Both the position numbers and the translations under genes were made by a program. This document shows, piece after piece, positions 35,963 to 39,512 of a stretch of DNA of 39,512 bases; within the stretch, counting starts at the first letter, position 1; every line of letters starts with the position of its first letter. The notes beneath the pieces were generated by a model that was not told the DNA's origin, did no database searches, and saw only the letters and a program-made list of their open reading frames with translations. The stretch is from Malacoraja senta (Eukaryota), in assembly GCA_038087875.1 (NCBI GenBank), contig JAXLNO010002306.1:1-39512 (forward strand). Reading direction: 5' to 3'.

Positions 35963-36834
35963 GTGGCGACATACCCGGATATGACGACCTACCCGGATAT
36001 AAAGACTTTCCCGGATATAACGACATACCCGGATATGACGACATACCCGGATATGACGATATACCCGGATATTGCGACATTCCAGGATATGACGACATTC
36101 CCGGATATGGTGACATTCCCAGATATGACTACATTCCCGGATATGTCGACATACCCGGAGATGACGACATTCCCGGATATGACGACATTCCCGGATATTA
36201 CGAAATACCCGGATATGACGACATTCCCGGATATGACGACATTCCTGGATATGGCGACATTCCTGGATATGGCGACATTCCCGGATATGAGGACATACCC
36301 GGATATGGCGACATTCCCGGATATGGCGACATTCCCGGATATGACGACCTACCCGGATATAAAGACATTCCCGGATATGACGACATACCCAGATATGACG
36401 ACAAACCCGGATGTGGCGACATTCCCGGATATGACGACATACCTGGATATGACAACATACCTGGATATGGCGACATACCCGGATATGGCGACATACCCGG
36501 ATATCACGACATACCCAGATATGACGACATTCCCGGATATGGCGATATACCCGGATATGAAGACATACCCAGATATGACGACAAACCTGGATATGGCGAC
36601 ATTCCCTGATATTACGAAATACCCAGATATGGCAGCATTCCCGGATATGACGACATTCCCGGATATGGCGATATTCCCAGATATGACGACATACCCGGAT
36701 ATGACGACATTCCCGGAGATGACGACATTCCCGGAGATGATGACATTCCCGGAGATGACGATACCCGGAGATGACGACATTCCCGGATATGACGACATTC
36801 CCGGATATGACGACATACCCGGATACGACTACAT
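35963..36834. repeat. 18-bp minisatellite (copy B, ~48 units)
   Basis: Same unit as 1466-1854, with recurring variant blocks. Confidence 0.95.
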
Positions 36835-37372
36835 AGTGGGACTCAGTGGGACAGGCAGTATCTCTGGAGAGAAGGAATGGGTGAGGTTTCGGGTCAAGAC
36901 CCTTCTTCAGACGCCATGAGCCACTTCCGTGCAGCATGGCTGCCTCTAACTTTTAGACCCTGTACTTTGTACAAAGTTGGATTTCCATAAATCAGGGAGA
37001 TCATTTGTAACCCAGGGAGCACTGTACACAACTAAAAAATAATTCCTCCTCATCTAGTTAGTTTAGTTTATTGTCACATGTACAGTGAAAAGCTTTTGTT
37101 GTGTGCTAACCAGTCAGCGGAAAGACAATACATGATTACAAATGAGTCATTCACAGCATATACATACATGATAAGGGATTAACGTTTAGTGCATGGTAAA
37201 ACCAGTAAAGTCCGATCAAAGATAGTCCAAGGGTCTCCTCTGAGGGAGATAGTTCAGGACTGCTCTCTGGTTGTGATAGGATGATTCAGTTGCCTGATAA
37301 CAGCTGGGAAGAAACTGTCCCTGAATGTGGAGGTGTGTAAATAGATCATCCCAGGATAATCTATTCTGTTAA

Positions 37373-37655
37373 GGGCCTGTCCCACGAGCATGCGACTGTA
37401 TGCGGCTAACGCGACATGACGTGGTCGCGCTAGCCGTGAGGCCTCGTGGGGCCGGTCCCACTTCCAACCGTGGAGCCGTCTGGAGCTGGTCCTGACATCA
37501 TACTCACCAATCAGCTGGGCAGGAGGCGGGCCGACTGAATTTGGACGTCGCACGTCGGGCGGTTACGTCATCACGCAACGGCACGCCGGGCGGTGACGTC
37601 ATCGCGCAACGCCACGAGCTAGCCGCATACAGCCGCATGCTGGTGGGACAGGCCC
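37373..37655. mobile_element. 283-bp TTAA-flanked MITE (duplicate of 2399-2681)
   Basis: Same TIRs and flanks. Confidence 0.85.
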
Positions 37656-37726
37656 TTAAGCTCCCATTAATTTTGTGAAAACAGCCAACAAATCTTCCTT
37701 TAGCCTTCTAAATGACAACTTATTCA

Positions 37727-38420
37727 GCATCATGAAAGTAAGCATGCAGGTAGGTCCAGCAGGCAGTGAAGAAAGTAAATGGCATGTTGGCCTTCATAAC
37801 AAGAGTTGAGTATAGGAGTAAATAGGTCATTCTGCAGTTGTACAGGGCGCTAGTGAGACCACACCTGGAGTATTGTGTGCAGTTTTGGTCTCCAAATTTG
37901 AGGAAGGACATTCTTGCTATTGAGGGAGTGCAGCGTAGGTTTACAAGGTTAATTCCCAGGATGGCAGGACTGTCATATGCTGAGAGAATGGAGCGGCTGG
38001 ACTTGTATACTCTGGAGTTTAGAAGGATGAGAGGTGATCTTCTTGAAACATATAAGATTATTAAGGGTTTGGACACGCTAGATGCAGGAAACACATTCGA
38101 GATGTTGGGTGAGTCCAGAACCAGGAGCCACAGTTTAAGAAAAGGGGTAAGCCATTTTGAACGGAAACGAGGAAACACTTTTTCACACAGAGTGTTGTGA
38201 GTCTGTGGAATTCTCTGCCTCAGAGGGTGGTCGAGGCTGGTTCTTTGGATACTTTCAAGAGAGCTAGACAGGGCTCTTAAAGATAGCGGAGTCAGGGGAT
38301 ATGGGGAGAAGGCAGGAACGGGGTACTGATTGGGGATGATCAGCCATGATCACATTGAATGGCGGTGCTGGATCGAAGGGCCGTATGGCCTACTCCTGCA
38401 CCTATTGTCTATTGTGTATT
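37727..38420 (+). mobile_element. CR1 3' fragment (duplicate of 2753-3440)
   Basis: ORF 37838-38200 [13 protein letters not shown]... Confidence 0.9.
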
Positions 38421-39289
38421 TGGGTGTGGTCCACACACATTTAAAGAGCTGGTTCTTGCCACAGATTTGCCCATTCACTTCATGTATCCTTATCTCAGCA
38501 AGGATACCATCCAGATGCTCTGTTGACACTTCTGCTTGCCTTGTGTGAGCGGCAAACTTGGTCGTGTGGCTTTCTATCCGACATCTCAACTATCTATAAA
38601 TATAGTGAATAGCTTCAGCCCTGAACACGTTGCCACAGGCAAAGCTCATCACTGGCCCTTCCTTCTGTAACTTTCCACTTTCTGAATGAGTTTATCAAAT
38701 GCATTCACAAAGATGATCAAAACTCCTTTCCCTGTTCATTAGCTTTGAATATTTTAAAGACCAGAAAGGTTCATCACGAATGTGTGGGAAGGAACTGCAG
38801 ATGCTGGTTTACACCAAAGATAGACACAAAACTCTGTAGGACATGCAGCATCTCTGGATAGAAGGAATGGGTGGAGACCCTCCTTCAGAATGTTCGGGTC
38901 GAGACCCTCCTTCAGAATGTTCTATTCTTTGGACGGAGGAGACTAATACATGTATATTTACATAATCTGTAGAAATGTATAGAGTGAAAGACAATGTGCA
39001 ATCTTAGATCCAGGTCACCTGTTCCCCACCAACTTGGCAACACCTCCCAAAACGCACCAACAGGGAACACCAACACCACATGTATATTCTTTATTGAACA
39101 TTGATAGGTTACATTGACACAAACACACATGTAGCCTCTTGTGGGATCTCTGCAGGTTTCATGCAGGATCAGACCTGACACAAAGATGTTATCATAGTAA
39201 CTGCAAGTTCTCTGAAACTTTTGTAATTGATATTTCAAGAGTCAAGAGAGTTTTATTGTCATGTGTCCCAGATAGGACAATGAAATTCT

Positions 39290-39381
39290 CTGAAGAAGGG
39301 TTTCGGCCCGAAACGTTACCTATTTCCTTCGCTCCATAGATGCTGCTGCACCCGCTGAGTTTCTCCAGCATTTTTGTGTAC
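39290..39381 (+). mobile_element. 92-bp Penelope-derived insertion starting with a hammerhead core, 12-bp TSD
   Basis: TSD CAATGAAATTCT at 39278-39289 and 39382-39393; empty site at 4289-4300; 88/92 identical to 24250-24341. Confidence 0.85.
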
Positions 39382-39512
39382 CAATGAAATTCTTGCTTGC
39401 TGCAGCAGAATATGTAAACATAATACAGAACAGGAGATAAAAGTTCAGTGTGTCTATAGACCATATATATACATCTCTCCGTTGCCATCAGGAAGAAGAT
39501 ACAGGAGCTTGA

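Larger units (their letters stand above)
35963..39470 (+). repeat. Segmental duplication copy B
   Basis: See copy A. Confidence 0.95.

Noticed and set aside
35963-36834. CRISPR-like repeat array
   Set aside because: Units are contiguous with no unique spacers, there are no cas genes, and the context is eukaryotic.
35831-36937. Long ORFs in several frames (GYDDIP, DMTTFP, ECRHIR, MSSYPG)
   Set aside because: All derive from the same 18-bp minisatellite, and openness in many frames argues against coding.

Overview
Vertebrate genomic DNA, most likely a cartilaginous fish (skate/ray-like; inferred from recalled similarity of the Ig sequences and repeat families). Most of the window is retroelement debris: CR1, Rex1/Babar, L1 and Penelope fragments, plus TTAA-flanked MITEs and minisatellites. 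Embedded on the minus strand is one immunoglobulin heavy-chain minilocus of the IgW (skate IgX) class. It has a leader exon (35624-35669), a V-(D)-J exon already joined with no RSS or D segments (35193-35522), CH1 (24617-24922), up to three candidate Cys-containing secretory-tail exons (17.1-18.9 kb) and a CH4-type C1-set exon (15300-15616). The VDJ, CH1 and CH4-type exons carry stops and/or frameshifts, and I found no CH2, CH3, CH6 or TM exon, so this looks like a germline-joined pseudogene cluster. About 3 kb lying 5' of the V gene (36.0-39.5 kb, starting with an 18-bp minisatellite) is duplicated at 1.5-4.4 kb at roughly 97-99% identity by eye. The copies differ by a 92-bp hammerhead-motif Penelope-derived insertion with a 12-bp TSD and by an inversion at a (TA)n tract. 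All family assignments come from motif recognition and memory, not database searches. TE boundaries are approximate unless a TSD or TIR is quoted.
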